A DNA stretch of 62,015 nucleotides, taken from positions 1 to 62,015 of IMG/VR virus record IMGVR_UViG_3300033076_000935; one strand, 5' to 3'. Every line of letters starts with the position of its first letter. The stretch's first letter is position 1. Both the position numbers and the translations under genes were made by a program. Below are positions 19,353-28,908 of this stretch, piece after piece. Below the pieces are notes generated by a model, which saw only the letters and a program-made list of their open reading frames with translations, made no database searches and had not been told where the DNA came from. Origin of the DNA: a virus. Lineage: Duplodnaviria; Caudoviricetes.

Positions 19353-19796
19353 TTATTTGACAACTTCCAACTCTTTTCTTATTTTCATATAGGAATCAAA
19401 AGGAGTTTCGTTTGTTGTATCAATATCGATAAAGTTCTCTACAGGAGGTTCATAGTTTGCTACATGGTACTGAGTACGTCCTCTATCTTCAAAGGCATGT
19501 ACGTAGAATTCTACTATACCGTCTCCTAGCTTCTCTTTGAAACTTTCTCTCTGGTCTCTATAGGGTGATACTAACGATACAAAAACATTAAAGCCTTTCT
19601 TATGTAGGAAGAGAGCCATATTCTGAGCTAGCTCTATATTCTTTCTTCTTCCGGCTTCTGAATAGTCTTTATTATCAAATAATTCTCTTATATCATCTCC
19701 GTCGATATTAATCGCTTTAGGAAATAAATGAACAGCTAGCATATAAGCTAATGTTGTCTTACCCGCTCCTGGTTGTCCAGTGAACCAATATACCAT
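19353..19796 (-). CDS. cysC: Adenylylsulfate (APS) kinase
   Basis: WFTGQPGAGKTT, DGDDIR, R..NI, VSPY, YEPP. Confidence 0.85.
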   Translation of the reverse strand: MVYWFTGQPGAGKTTLAYMLAVHLFPKAINIDGDDIRELFDNKDYSEAGRRKNIELAQNMALFLHKKGFNVFVSLVSPYRDQRESFKEKLGDGIVEFYVHAFEDRGRTQYHVANYEPPVENFIDIDTTNETPFDSYMKIRKELEVVK

Positions 19797-20094
19797 ATAT
19801 TACTCTTTTACTTTTACAAGAACTTCTAAATTAAAGCTCTCTAAATCTAGCTTAATACCTACCGGTTCTTCTCCGGCTTCGATTAGCTTGTTAACAAATT
19901 CTTTTAAATTATTCCTAACAAAGTAGCCACCTTGTGCAGCATAATCACCATCTTTCCAGAATAGTAGTTCATTCTCCATAACTGATTCTTTAAATAGTTC
20001 ATTACTTCAATTAATAGGCCGGGGTCTGATAGGAGAGAAATAACACTCACGTGCTTCTCTCCACACAGTCCAGCTATATGTACTAACTCATGCA

Positions 20095-20931
20095 TTAGAT
20101 TAAGGCTGTTGCTAGTTTAAACAATTCCTTATTAACTTTCAAGTCTTTCTCGAAAGATTTAATCTTACGAACTTTACGTACTTTCATAGAAGCACCTGTA
20201 GCTGCGCTAAAGCCTCCTTGAGTTACTTTCTCTTGGATTGTATTAAATACTCTCCAAAGATCGTCTCCTTTGTCAGCTTGACGTTTTGGTTCTAAGATAT
20301 CACGAAGTGTTTCGTCATCGTATCCTATCTTAGTTCCTTCTGGAAGCTTAGCAGAACGTAACAACATAGCGTCTAAAGCTAACTTCATCTTCTCTTCATC
20401 AGTTAAGATACGGTTCTTCATTTGATTAAGAACTTCTACTTTGTTAGGTAAGTCGTTAACTGCTTTAGTAACTACCCCACGTAACTCTTCAAAAGTATAA
20501 CCTGAGTGACGAATACGGAAGTCAGAGAATTGCTCATCAGCAACTACTAATCCGTTAGAGCATACTAATCGGAAAATACCGACAGCAAACTGGAATGAAT
20601 TAAAACCATCGTGAGAGTTAGTCAAGATGATTCGAGGGAAAGCATCGTCTCCGTCAGCACCCTTGATCATAATGTCAGGGTTTTGAAAAGAGATCATATG
20701 CTTAGAGAAGATCGTATTAGTGTTACCTTTACGAGCTTTTCTTTGAGAAGCTGTAACTGGGAACCAGTTCAACTTAGCTAAGTCGTCAATAATAGTCTCA
20801 GTATTGACATGTAAATACTTACCACTTACGTTCGGGTTAGTAGGAGTTGAAGCGAAAGCTAATGGACATACCTTATTAAGGTCTTCTTTCGTCATAAATG
20901 TGTCTAGGGATTTGCTAAATGTTTGCATCAT
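20095..20931 (-). CDS. DUF932/DUF945 phage-plasmid family protein
   Basis: LTNSHDG...FRLVCSNG, LWRVFNTIQE. Confidence 0.8.
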   Translation of the reverse strand: MMQTFSKSLDTFMTKEDLNKVCPLAFASTPTNPNVSGKYLHVNTETIIDDLAKLNWFPVTASQRKARKGNTNTIFSKHMISFQNPDIMIKGADGDDAFPRIILTNSHDGFNSFQFAVGIFRLVCSNGLVVADEQFSDFRIRHSGYTFEELRGVVTKAVNDLPNKVEVLNQMKNRILTDEEKMKLALDAMLLRSAKLPEGTKIGYDDETLRDILEPKRQADKGDDLWRVFNTIQEKVTQGGFSAATGASMKVRKVRKIKSFEKDLKVNKELFKLATALI

Positions 20932-21004
20932 AACCTTTATTTTTAAATTGTTTAATTGATTTCTTATTATACCTTAAGATACGAACTTAGTTACTAAAAA
21001 GCAA

Positions 21005-21346
21005 CTATTTGGCTGACTTTTTTTTCTGCTTTTTTCCGGAAGGAGGATTGTAGATTTCATGCCATTTTGTGCCTCCTACAATCATATTGATTCCTTTACT
21101 TTCAACCACATTATTAGTGTGTAGGTGAAATACTGGTCCAAAGTACTCTTCCGTAACCATTGGAATATTCGTATTAGCTCTGGAAATATATTCCGGCTGA
21201 GTAATACGTCTTTTTCCGTCAAAAGATCTAAACTCCGAAGCTGTTGTTCTGTACCAGGTATCTGAATCTGGATAGTAGCATTCTAATACTCCTGCAGTAT
21301 TGAATGGGTACTCAATCTTGACTGTAAGTCCTCTTTTTTCTGACAT
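21005..21346 (-). CDS. Hypothetical protein
   Basis: 113-aa ORF, AGGTTATG start. Confidence 0.6.
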   Translation of the reverse strand: MSEKRGLTVKIEYPFNTAGVLECYYPDSDTWYRTTASEFRSFDGKRRITQPEYISRANTNIPMVTEEYFGPVFHLHTNNVVESKGINMIVGGTKWHEIYNPPSGKKQKKKSAK

Positions 21347-21350
21347 AACC

Positions 21351-21581
21351 TTATTTTAATTTGTATGAATATAACCAACCACAATCATCATCATAGTCAT
21401 CATCTTCAACTACCGTAAAGCCACCTCCTAAGATGCTTTGAAGCTTCTCGGTATTAACTCTACCCCAGTAACCAAAGCGAAGGTAAACACTATTACTTCC
21501 GCCCATCACTTGACCGATTTCAAACTCTCCGAATTCTTCTTCGATCTCTCTTACTTTTTTACTGCTTAACTTATTCATCAT
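21351..21581 (-). CDS. Hypothetical protein
   Basis: 76-aa ORF behind a class A promoter. Confidence 0.6.
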   Translation of the reverse strand: MMNKLSSKKVREIEEEFGEFEIGQVMGGSNSVYLRFGYWGRVNTEKLQSILGGGFTVVEDDDYDDDCGWLYSYKLK

Positions 21582-21599
21582 AACCTTTATTTTTTAATG

Positions 21600-21659
21600 T
21601 ACCTTAAATTACGAAAAAGGATTCAGAAAAGCCACTACTTTGTTAGTTATTTTTCCGGA
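21600..21659 (-). promoter_or_regulatory. Class A promoter with TCCGGA box
   Basis: TCCGGAAAAATAACTAACAAAGTAGTGG...TTCGTAATTTAAGGTA. Confidence 0.7.
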
Positions 21660-21665
21660 AAGAAT

Positions 21666-21695
21666 AAAAAAAAGACCTCCTAAAAGGAGGCCTCT
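21666..21695 (-). terminator. Intrinsic terminator
   Basis: AGG-CCTCC-TTTTA-GGAGG-TCT followed by a T tract. Confidence 0.75.
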
Positions 21696-21732
21696 TTATT
21701 CAATCTAGCAGCTAATTGCTACCTAAAAACGC

Positions 21733-21966
21733 CTACTTGGCTGCAGCGATCTGCGTAGTTAATTTGCTTAACTTTGTAGCGTTGCTTTCTCTACGATACA
21801 ACAAGCGATAAGCTGCATTAACGATACGGTCGTTAAAACGAGCACCATTCAATACATTAGTAATGTGAGAAGTGCTGTAAGTATTGTCTAATACTTCGCT
21901 AATACGAGGAACGTCACCGTTACGGCGTTTGCTTGCGATCTTTGAGATCTTTTGTGTGTAATTCAT
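21733..21966 (-). CDS. Basic, possibly HTH-like DNA-binding protein
   Basis: MNYTQKISK...YSTSHITNVLNG; start trimmed to the Met at 21966. Confidence 0.45.
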   Translation of the reverse strand: MNYTQKISKIASKRRNGDVPRISEVLDNTYSTSHITNVLNGARFNDRIVNAAYRLLYRRESNATKLSKLTTQIAAAK

Positions 21967-22030
21967 AACTGTATTTGTTTTTAATTTATAATTTAATATA
22001 TGAAGAATATATTTACTAGACAACTTTAAG

Positions 22031-23026
22031 TTAAATTATTTTTCCGTATTCTTCTTGGTAAGCTAATTCCCCAGGACATCTATAAGTCTCTTTAGGGTTA
22101 ATTAGAGTCCAAACTCTTTCTACATATTCACGTCCAAATCTAGTATGTAGATAAGACAGTGTAAGGAATACAAACGGAAAAGCATTCTTATATCCATTTA
22201 AGTGAGTCCATCCGTTATAATCGTACCCTATAAGATTCTTTAAATCTGTTCTATTCTTAATAGTCATCTTCTCTTTTGGATGTGCTACTTGAAAAGTAAT
22301 TGGATAGCTTTCATCTATATGCCCTCCTTCGTTACATATTAGCGGATGATCGTAGCTTATGAAACAAGTACCGAATTCAAGGTACTCTTTAAAGCTCTTG
22401 TCAAATGTTAATATCCACTGCGTGAATAAGTATTGCTCTAATAGACATGCTCGGTTATAATGAGCATCAAAAATAGACTTATAAGCTCTATATAATGCTA
22501 GTGTTGTTTGAGCTGCTCTTTTAATTGTCGGTAAATTTCTACCTACTACAATATTCATGTTTGGTATATGTTGAGCATTGTAATGTAGAAACTCTGCCGG
22601 AATATGCTGCTGTAATTCTTGTAACCCTTCTAAGTAAGCTGTACTATATTGTAATAATTCATATAAAGAATCTGGAGTGAATGATTCTTTGTGTGAAAAG
22701 ATAATACCAGGTTTCTTAGGTAGTGTCAATCTTTCAAATAGAAACGTGTCATTGTCTATATGAATAAACTCTTCGTTTTGAGCTTGATATACTTTTAACT
22801 TTGCTACACTAAATGTGTCGTATTCGTAAGTTGCTAGTATATCTGTGTTAACTGAGTCGTACGGTATTTCAAGATCTTTAATGGTCTTGAAACTTTCCTT
22901 ATCTGTGTACAGGTGTATATTACCGTAAGTTTGTTTAGCTAAGAGAGCACTTAACGTCATGTTATAAAAATACTCTCTACCTAAACTTCTACCTTTCTGC
23001 AATATGAACGTATGTACAACTCTCAC
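22031..23026 (-). CDS. GT-A-fold/DUF6734-like protein
   Basis: LYTD, K..Y, FIHIDNDTFLF (DxD), PNMN, EQY. Confidence 0.55.
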   Translation of the reverse strand: MRVVHTFILQKGRSLGREYFYNMTLSALLAKQTYGNIHLYTDKESFKTIKDLEIPYDSVNTDILATYEYDTFSVAKLKVYQAQNEEFIHIDNDTFLFERLTLPKKPGIIFSHKESFTPDSLYELLQYSTAYLEGLQELQQHIPAEFLHYNAQHIPNMNIVVGRNLPTIKRAAQTTLALYRAYKSIFDAHYNRACLLEQYLFTQWILTFDKSFKEYLEFGTCFISYDHPLICNEGGHIDESYPITFQVAHPKEKMTIKNRTDLKNLIGYDYNGWTHLNGYKNAFPFVFLTLSYLHTRFGREYVERVWTLINPKETYRCPGELAYQEEYGKII

Positions 23027-23325
23027 TAAAGCTCTTTTTTAATCTTATCCATTAACTGCCAGACATCTATACATTCATCTGACATTTCATTTTTATGATA
23101 GTACTCTAAACATTGCTGTAAAACAGTTGGCCATTCTTTTTTTGCAATTGTAACTTCGTAACTGTAATCAGAGTCATCAAAACTAATTAAAAAAATCTCA
23201 GCATTATTCTTATTTGCTTCTGATGCCTCCCTAATTGTGTTTGACATTTGCTCTACTAACTCTCCGTTATTAGGTGTAAACAATCTTTCAAACTCTTCTC
23301 GATCCTTAAATGTCAAATTTATCAT
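23026..23325 (-). CDS. Hypothetical protein
   Basis: 99-aa ORF in operon. Confidence 0.6.
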   Translation of the reverse strand: MINLTFKDREEFERLFTPNNGELVEQMSNTIREASEANKNNAEIFLISFDDSDYSYEVTIAKKEWPTVLQQCLEYYHKNEMSDECIDVWQLMDKIKKEL

Positions 23326-23335
23326 TATGTAACTT

Positions 23336-23698
23336 TTATACGATGGATTTTTCTATATTCTTTAAAAGCTCTACTTCGTTTTGAAACGCTTTTTTATCAA
23401 ACTGTTCTCTCTCTTCTTCGATATGTTCTGTAACAAGTCTAATTAAATGTTCTGAGAATTTAGACGAAGTTACTACGTTGTAGTTAAACTTAGTATTTGT
23501 GATAGCTACTTCAAAGTCTGAGATTCTTACGTAGTAATGTAGTTTTTCATTCTCCAAATAATATCTATGTGAAAGAGGTGCTCCATGACAGATTGTGTCT
23601 TTACGCATTAATAACTTAGCAACAATACTGTACACATACTCTTCGTTCTCTGCGAAGACTGGTGTTTTTACAAATAACCGTTTTAAAAAAGAAAACAT
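23336..23698 (-). CDS. Hypothetical protein
   Basis: 120-aa ORF in operon. Confidence 0.6.
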   Translation of the reverse strand: MFSFLKRLFVKTPVFAENEEYVYSIVAKLLMRKDTICHGAPLSHRYYLENEKLHYYVRISDFEVAITNTKFNYNVVTSSKFSEHLIRLVTEHIEEEREQFDKKAFQNEVELLKNIEKSIV

Positions 23699-23699
23699 T

Positions 23700-24254
23700 T
23701 TAGTTGAATTTAGGTTTTAAATTTTGTTCATTAATAATACCTTTAATCTTATTTACGTAGGAAGTATCTTCTGCGTAATATTGAGAAAGATACTGGTAGT
23801 ATTCTCTTTCTGTGTTTATATCTTTTAAATAAGTCGCACAATATAAAGCATAATCCATTACAGATTCAGACCATGTATTGTAAACTGCATATCCATGCTC
23901 TGTACCAGTAGCTAAATTAAGTCTAACAGCTGGTTCTTTCATTCCAAACAGGTTATTATTCTGCTTAAATAAAAACGATCTGTAGTTATTAGATTCTAAC
24001 TTAGCCTGAGCTAATACTATGTGTGGGAATTTAAAATTTAAACTTGCGATCTTCTCTACAAGTTTAGCTTCAGAGAAACTATTATACTCTTTTAGTACAA
24101 TTAACTTCTGTTCTTCTGGAATTGTTACTTCTTTCTTAACTGCTAAGCTAAGTAATGAAGCTACAAAAAAAGTTAAAAAGACTGGGCGAATCATCAACTT
24201 AAATCGGTTGATCTTTTCGAACATAAGGCTGTTTTTATTAAATTTGTATAGCAT
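23700..24254 (-). CDS. Membrane-anchored glucosaminidase (GH73-like) peptidoglycan hydrolase
   Basis: LAQAKLES, NNLFGMK, YAED..Y. Confidence 0.8.
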   Translation of the reverse strand: MLYKFNKNSLMFEKINRFKLMIRPVFLTFFVASLLSLAVKKEVTIPEEQKLIVLKEYNSFSEAKLVEKIASLNFKFPHIVLAQAKLESNNYRSFLFKQNNNLFGMKEPAVRLNLATGTEHGYAVYNTWSESVMDYALYCATYLKDINTEREYYQYLSQYYAEDTSYVNKIKGIINEQNLKPKFN

Positions 24255-24457
24255 ACTCTTAATGTTTACGTTAAAAATAGAAAAATTACTGCAAAAAAGC
24301 CACTAAAATAGCTTAAAAAAGTCCGTATTGATATTCTTTTCTCGGAGCTTTTCATTACGTTCATGAAGCTTAACTAAATCGTCAGCTACTTTCCTTTCCA
24401 TGGATTTTGGACGTTTACCTTTTAGTTTCGGTTTTACTGGTTTTTTAGGTTCTTTAC

Positions 24458-25099
24458 TCATAGTCTAGTAATAAATTCATGGCCAATAGGTTTGTCATCG
24501 TCTTTATCGTACAACCCTAATTCCTTTAGATGCTGAATATGATGTTCGTCTAACTCCCAAGTGAATTCCTCTCCTTTCTTATCTAAGTAATCTTCCATCT
24601 GATCTACTTGTTGATCTGTTATAGGAGAAGCAGCATATAAGAATGAACAGTTATAGCAAAGAAATTCTAAGTTGTCTAAATGAAAGTTCTTTAAGTTTCC
24701 GTCTTTATGGTTTAGTATAAGAGGTATCTTTAAATCTAAAACTCTTCTTTCATTAAATCCACACTTATTACATTTCTCTTCTATTAAAGCTTCAAATATA
24801 ATTCTCTGCTTAATTTTCTTAGGATCAAAATGTTCAACTGGGATACGTCCTTCTATCAAGTCCATTAAAGGAGGTTCCTTTCCTGTATTACTTAAAAACT
24901 TAGGTATACCTACTCCTGCTTGATTTTTATGAACTTCTAGTAGAGGTAGTCCAGTCTCTTCGTCTTTATACATCTTAGCATACTTTTTATAGTGGTTGTA
25001 AGATACATGAAGATAACGAGCGGCTGCTCTATTAGAACGAGTCATTTTTAATGCTCGGAGTATATCCTCTTTTAGTAAAATTTTAGAAGGTCTTGCCAT
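24458..25099 (-). CDS. HTH + HNH-like zinc-binding endonuclease-like protein
   Basis: SNRAAARYL..SY HTH; CNKCG...HKDG..N..LDNL.FLCYNC. Confidence 0.7.
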   Translation of the reverse strand: MARPSKILLKEDILRALKMTRSNRAAARYLHVSYNHYKKYAKMYKDEETGLPLLEVHKNQAGVGIPKFLSNTGKEPPLMDLIEGRIPVEHFDPKKIKQRIIFEALIEEKCNKCGFNERRVLDLKIPLILNHKDGNLKNFHLDNLEFLCYNCSFLYAASPITDQQVDQMEDYLDKKGEEFTWELDEHHIQHLKELGLYDKDDDKPIGHEFITRL

Positions 25100-25101
25100 A
25101 A

Positions 25102-25521
25102 TTAATCATCTAAAATATCTTCTTCTTCTTCCTCCTCTTCTTCGATATCATCATAGTCTGCATCATATACATATTGCGACTGATCATCTAATTCTTCATT
25201 ATCGATAAGACGATTAATGATTGGAGTTGCTGAAGATGAAAGTTCAGCTTCTACTGTATCGAAATCTAATACTTCTAACGGTATAGCTTTTCTTCCAGCA
25301 GCTTGTGCTTCTAATTCTAGAATTCTATTAGCTTGTTCTTGTGTGATGATTTCTACATCTGTGTAGATCTCTTCTCCAGTACCGTAAGTAACTGTTCGAG
25401 CTAATAATGGTTTTTCTGTAGAACAGTTAACGCAATATCTATACCCGTACTTATCTAACCTAAGTTTAGGCATTGGGGAATTACACTTACTGCAAGGGAT
25501 CATTTCAAAATTTGTGTTCAT
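25102..25521 (-). CDS. DksA/TraR-like C4 zinc-finger protein with acidic tail
   Basis: CSKCNSPMPKLRL...YCVNC; long Asp/Glu tail. Confidence 0.55.
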   Translation of the reverse strand: MNTNFEMIPCSKCNSPMPKLRLDKYGYRYCVNCSTEKPLLARTVTYGTGEEIYTDVEIITQEQANRILELEAQAAGRKAIPLEVLDFDTVEAELSSSATPIINRLIDNEELDDQSQYVYDADYDDIEEEEEEEEDILDD

Positions 25522-25617
25522 AATATAACCGTTTAATTTTTAATTTGCATAAAGTTACGAACAAAATAGTTCATATGCAACTTTTATACAAAAAGATTTA
25601 ATAAATTTTTCCGGAAG

Positions 25618-25803
25618 CTAGTTTCCGAATTTTTGTTGAATGTAGATTGCTTTCAACTTTTGGTCTCTCTTCTTAACTGAAGGTTTAACAAATTCTTGAC
25701 GGTCTCTTAACTCTTTAACGATACCTAATTTGTTATGTTTTTGCTTATACACCTTTAAGGCGTGTTCTAGTGATTTATATTTTTTTAAATCTAGGGAAAT
25801 CAT
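25618..25803 (-). CDS. rpsU: Ribosomal protein bS21
   Basis: SLEHALKVYK.K....GIVKELRDRQEFVKPSVKKR. Confidence 0.88.
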   Translation of the reverse strand: MISLDLKKYKSLEHALKVYKQKHNKLGIVKELRDRQEFVKPSVKKRDQKLKAIYIQQKFGN

Positions 25804-26035
25804 TTTTATTAAAATTTACAGAACTTGTATTAAGGTCTTTAGAATCTTATATTTTTTTAATGTTTATTGGTTTTTTCTTGATAGTTATATTAAAATAATT
25901 ATAATATGTTAAACTTAATAATATCTATCTGTTTCGTCTGCTCTTCTTTCGGTTTTATTATATCTAAAACCACTTCATCTAATCTTGTTAGAAAACAAAG
26001 AGAGCATACAACTCCATTATCTCTAGATAAAGAAG

Positions 26036-26434
26036 TTATTTAACTTTCTCTACTACATCCCAAACCTCCTCTGGAGTGCTAAAATTAACTGTCGACTGTT
26101 TGCCTTCAAAGGTCAACGTAATTGTACCATCCCAATCTTTATCACCAACTAACTGATACAGATATAACTGTATTAATGCTAGCTGTTGTTTACTAAAAAT
26201 CATCTTAAAGAGATTTTCAATAACTTGAATAAACTTCTCTTCATATACAGTAGGGTCAAGCCCTATCTCTTCTTCCATGAAATCCCTTCTATCTTCTATC
26301 TCTCTCAGTATAGTCAGAGTTTCAATAAATAGTTTCTTATTCATATACCTCTTATCTGCTTCTTTTTTACCTATTCTATACTTTACTTCTAAGAAGGACT
26401 TTAAAACTGACCTTATGTAGTTTTTCTCATTCAT
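26036..26434 (-). CDS. Hypothetical protein
   Basis: 132-aa ORF. Confidence 0.6.
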   Translation of the reverse strand: MNEKNYIRSVLKSFLEVKYRIGKKEADKRYMNKKLFIETLTILREIEDRRDFMEEEIGLDPTVYEEKFIQVIENLFKMIFSKQQLALIQLYLYQLVGDKDWDGTITLTFEGKQSTVNFSTPEEVWDVVEKVK

Positions 26435-26468
26435 ACAATATCAATTTAAAGTAACTTTTTACGTGATT

Positions 26469-26858
26469 TTACGCAAGTGGCTTCTCTTCAGGAGATGCTT
26501 CAGGTTCAGCTGATGATGCACTTGGGTTTTGACCTGATAGAGCTTGTCTAACAATCTTATCGATATATTCGATATAGATAAAGAATCCTATAATGGTCTT
26601 GTCTTTTAAATTACGGTCTCTTTCAACCTTCATCCCATATTCATCTAAACCTACTTCTAGTCGCTTTTCTAATTCAATTGCAATATCATTTTGCTCTGTA
26701 GGAGTCATTGCACCGAATTGAGTAGGTAGAAACTGTACTTTGATACCCTTCTTTTGTGGGTCATCATTTACATCAACTTTAAGTAAAAAAGAGTGGTTAG
26801 CAAAATTAACTTTTGCTGCTTCGCCAATTACGGCTTTTATGTGTTTTGTTAAATCCAT
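26469..26858 (-). CDS. Hypothetical protein
   Basis: 129-aa ORF downstream of a class B-like motif. Confidence 0.6.
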   Translation of the reverse strand: MDLTKHIKAVIGEAAKVNFANHSFLLKVDVNDDPQKKGIKVQFLPTQFGAMTPTEQNDIAIELEKRLEVGLDEYGMKVERDRNLKDKTIIGFFIYIEYIDKIVRQALSGQNPSASSAEPEASPEEKPLA

Positions 26859-26893
26859 ATTAGTATTTTCTATGTAAATAAATAGCGGGTGTT

Positions 26894-28078
26894 TTAGATG
26901 TAGATTAATCCGTCCTGTACTTCTGTTAATCTATGAACTGTTATTATTAGATTACCAAGTTTAAACTTACCTGGCTGTCCTTGTTCTTTAAGAATATCTG
27001 GAAGTAGTTGTATTAGTTGAAAGTCTTCATTAGAAAAAGCTTTACCATCTACCTCAATAACAACATCTTCGTATTCATGAGGATTCTGATAGCCTAATGT
27101 CATTACTCTTTTATGTAAATCGTAAGCTGTTCGTTTGTGTTCATATTCGTAATAAGATGCAAGTAAAACTCCCATCTCATCATCTATATAAATTCTATCA
27201 CACCAAGGTTCTAAAGCATCTAATAACTGTAAATTACAATGTTTAACTGCTATTCCTATTAAGTACTTAGGACTTACAATTGGCTTCATTAGAGACGAGT
27301 GTTTAACGGTAGAACCCCATTTACGAATAAACTCTCTAGTAGAGTTATTCATTAGTGTTTGCCATTCTTCATCTTTAGCTTCTCCTACTTTACCGTGCTG
27401 GAATTGTCCTCCTCTTCCTGTCAAATGGTAAACTAAACTAGACCAAGGTTGTTTAAACGTAAAACCTGCTAACATCATTCTATTAAAGATATCAGAATCT
27501 TCTCTAGCTGATTTTAAAATAGGGTCATGTCCCCCTAACTTTTCAAAGTCTTTCTTATACATCATCCATGGAGCAAAGATACCTTCTGTTACCTTAGAAG
27601 TCTGCATCTCTCTTTCTACAAAAGCATTAAACGCTTCTTCTTTAAACTCTTCAGGCCAGATACCAAAGTCGATTAAAATCTTTTCTCCTCCATTAGGATG
27701 TAAAGGTGGTTCTATTCTAGTAGAACATACTACAGTCTTCTCAGCTAAATGCTCCCAAGCTTTTAAATCTGCGTCTTTACCTAGCATCATATCAGCGTGA
27801 AATATCATAAAGATATCTGTAGTGCTTTGTTCTATACAGTAGTCGTATGCTTTACCTATTCCAAAAAGTTCTTTACCTAACTTTGGATTAACATAGTACG
27901 TAACGTTATATTTGTCAGCATTTTCGGATAACCATTTTACTGTTCCGTCGTTATCTGAATCTACAAATACTACAATTTCATGGTCTTTTCTAAAAGCATT
28001 CTTTCTAATAGAAGGTATACATGTCTTTAAGTATCTCAAGTTACTTTTACTCGGTATACAAAATGTTATTTTCTCCAT
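26894..28078 (-). CDS. Glycosyltransferase family 2
   Basis: DSDNDGT, HADM, GGHDP..REDSD. Confidence 0.85.
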   Translation of the reverse strand: MEKITFCIPSKSNLRYLKTCIPSIRKNAFRKDHEIVVFVDSDNDGTVKWLSENADKYNVTYYVNPKLGKELFGIGKAYDYCIEQSTTDIFMIFHADMMLGKDADLKAWEHLAEKTVVCSTRIEPPLHPNGGEKILIDFGIWPEEFKEEAFNAFVEREMQTSKVTEGIFAPWMMYKKDFEKLGGHDPILKSAREDSDIFNRMMLAGFTFKQPWSSLVYHLTGRGGQFQHGKVGEAKDEEWQTLMNNSTREFIRKWGSTVKHSSLMKPIVSPKYLIGIAVKHCNLQLLDALEPWCDRIYIDDEMGVLLASYYEYEHKRTAYDLHKRVMTLGYQNPHEYEDVVIEVDGKAFSNEDFQLIQLLPDILKEQGQPGKFKLGNLIITVHRLTEVQDGLIYI

Positions 28079-28908
28079 TATTTAATTCCATTTATCATTC
28101 CGTAAGTATCAAAGGTAGGTAATCCACCCCACTTACTGTAAAATTTTCTTATATTTTCTGCTTCTGCTTTTTTCTGTCTTTCAGAAGATTGACCTCCATT
28201 CTCCTCTAACCTATGACTACCTCTAGCTCCGAAATGCCAAACAACAGATTTAGAAGGCATCACAAACTCGACACCTGCCTGTAACATTCGTAGAAATAAA
28301 TCCATATCATCCCAGCTTGTAGGTGCAAATAGAGGATCATTTCCTCCTACTTCATCCCAAACTGTTTTCTTAACTAAACCTGAAACTCCTTCTCCTTTTG
28401 GTATCTGAAAATCATTCAATAGGCTAAATTCTTTAGCATACTCTTCTAATCTTTCTTTATCAAAATCGTTTGCGTAACCACCAAAGTCTGATGGATTAAC
28501 CAGTAATGTCCCCCAGCGAGTTGGAGAGTTAAACATATTAGGTTCTATTCTAAAAGAATTAACCCATAACTTCTTACCAGGATTATTTTCATGTACCTTA
28601 AGTAACTCTAAATCCCAATTTTCTGTAACGTAGAAGTCTGAATGTAAAAAGTTAATATACTCTGTTTCGCATTTCTCAGCGATAAAATTCATTCCTTGAC
28701 CTAATCCGGAAGGGTTTAAATCTTCTATATAAACTGTTAGGTTGTATTTATCTTTATTCTCAAGTAACCATTCATTAGTCCCATCAGTACATTTTTCTGC
28801 ATGTATAATAAAAGGAGCATCTTTATAGTAACTGTTCTTTCGAACAGACTCTACTGCTAATTTCAAATAAGGTAAATTGTTGTAAGTACTAATACAGTGT
28901 GTTATCAT
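28078..28908 (-). CDS. Glycosyltransferase family 2
   Basis: STYNN, CTDGT, LHSD, VGGND...DDMDL. Confidence 0.85.
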   Translation of the reverse strand: MITHCISTYNNLPYLKLAVESVRKNSYYKDAPFIIHAEKCTDGTNEWLLENKDKYNLTVYIEDLNPSGLGQGMNFIAEKCETEYINFLHSDFYVTENWDLELLKVHENNPGKKLWVNSFRIEPNMFNSPTRWGTLLVNPSDFGGYANDFDKERLEEYAKEFSLLNDFQIPKGEGVSGLVKKTVWDEVGGNDPLFAPTSWDDMDLFLRMLQAGVEFVMPSKSVVWHFGARGSHRLEENGGQSSERQKKAEAENIRKFYSKWGGLPTFDTYGMINGIK

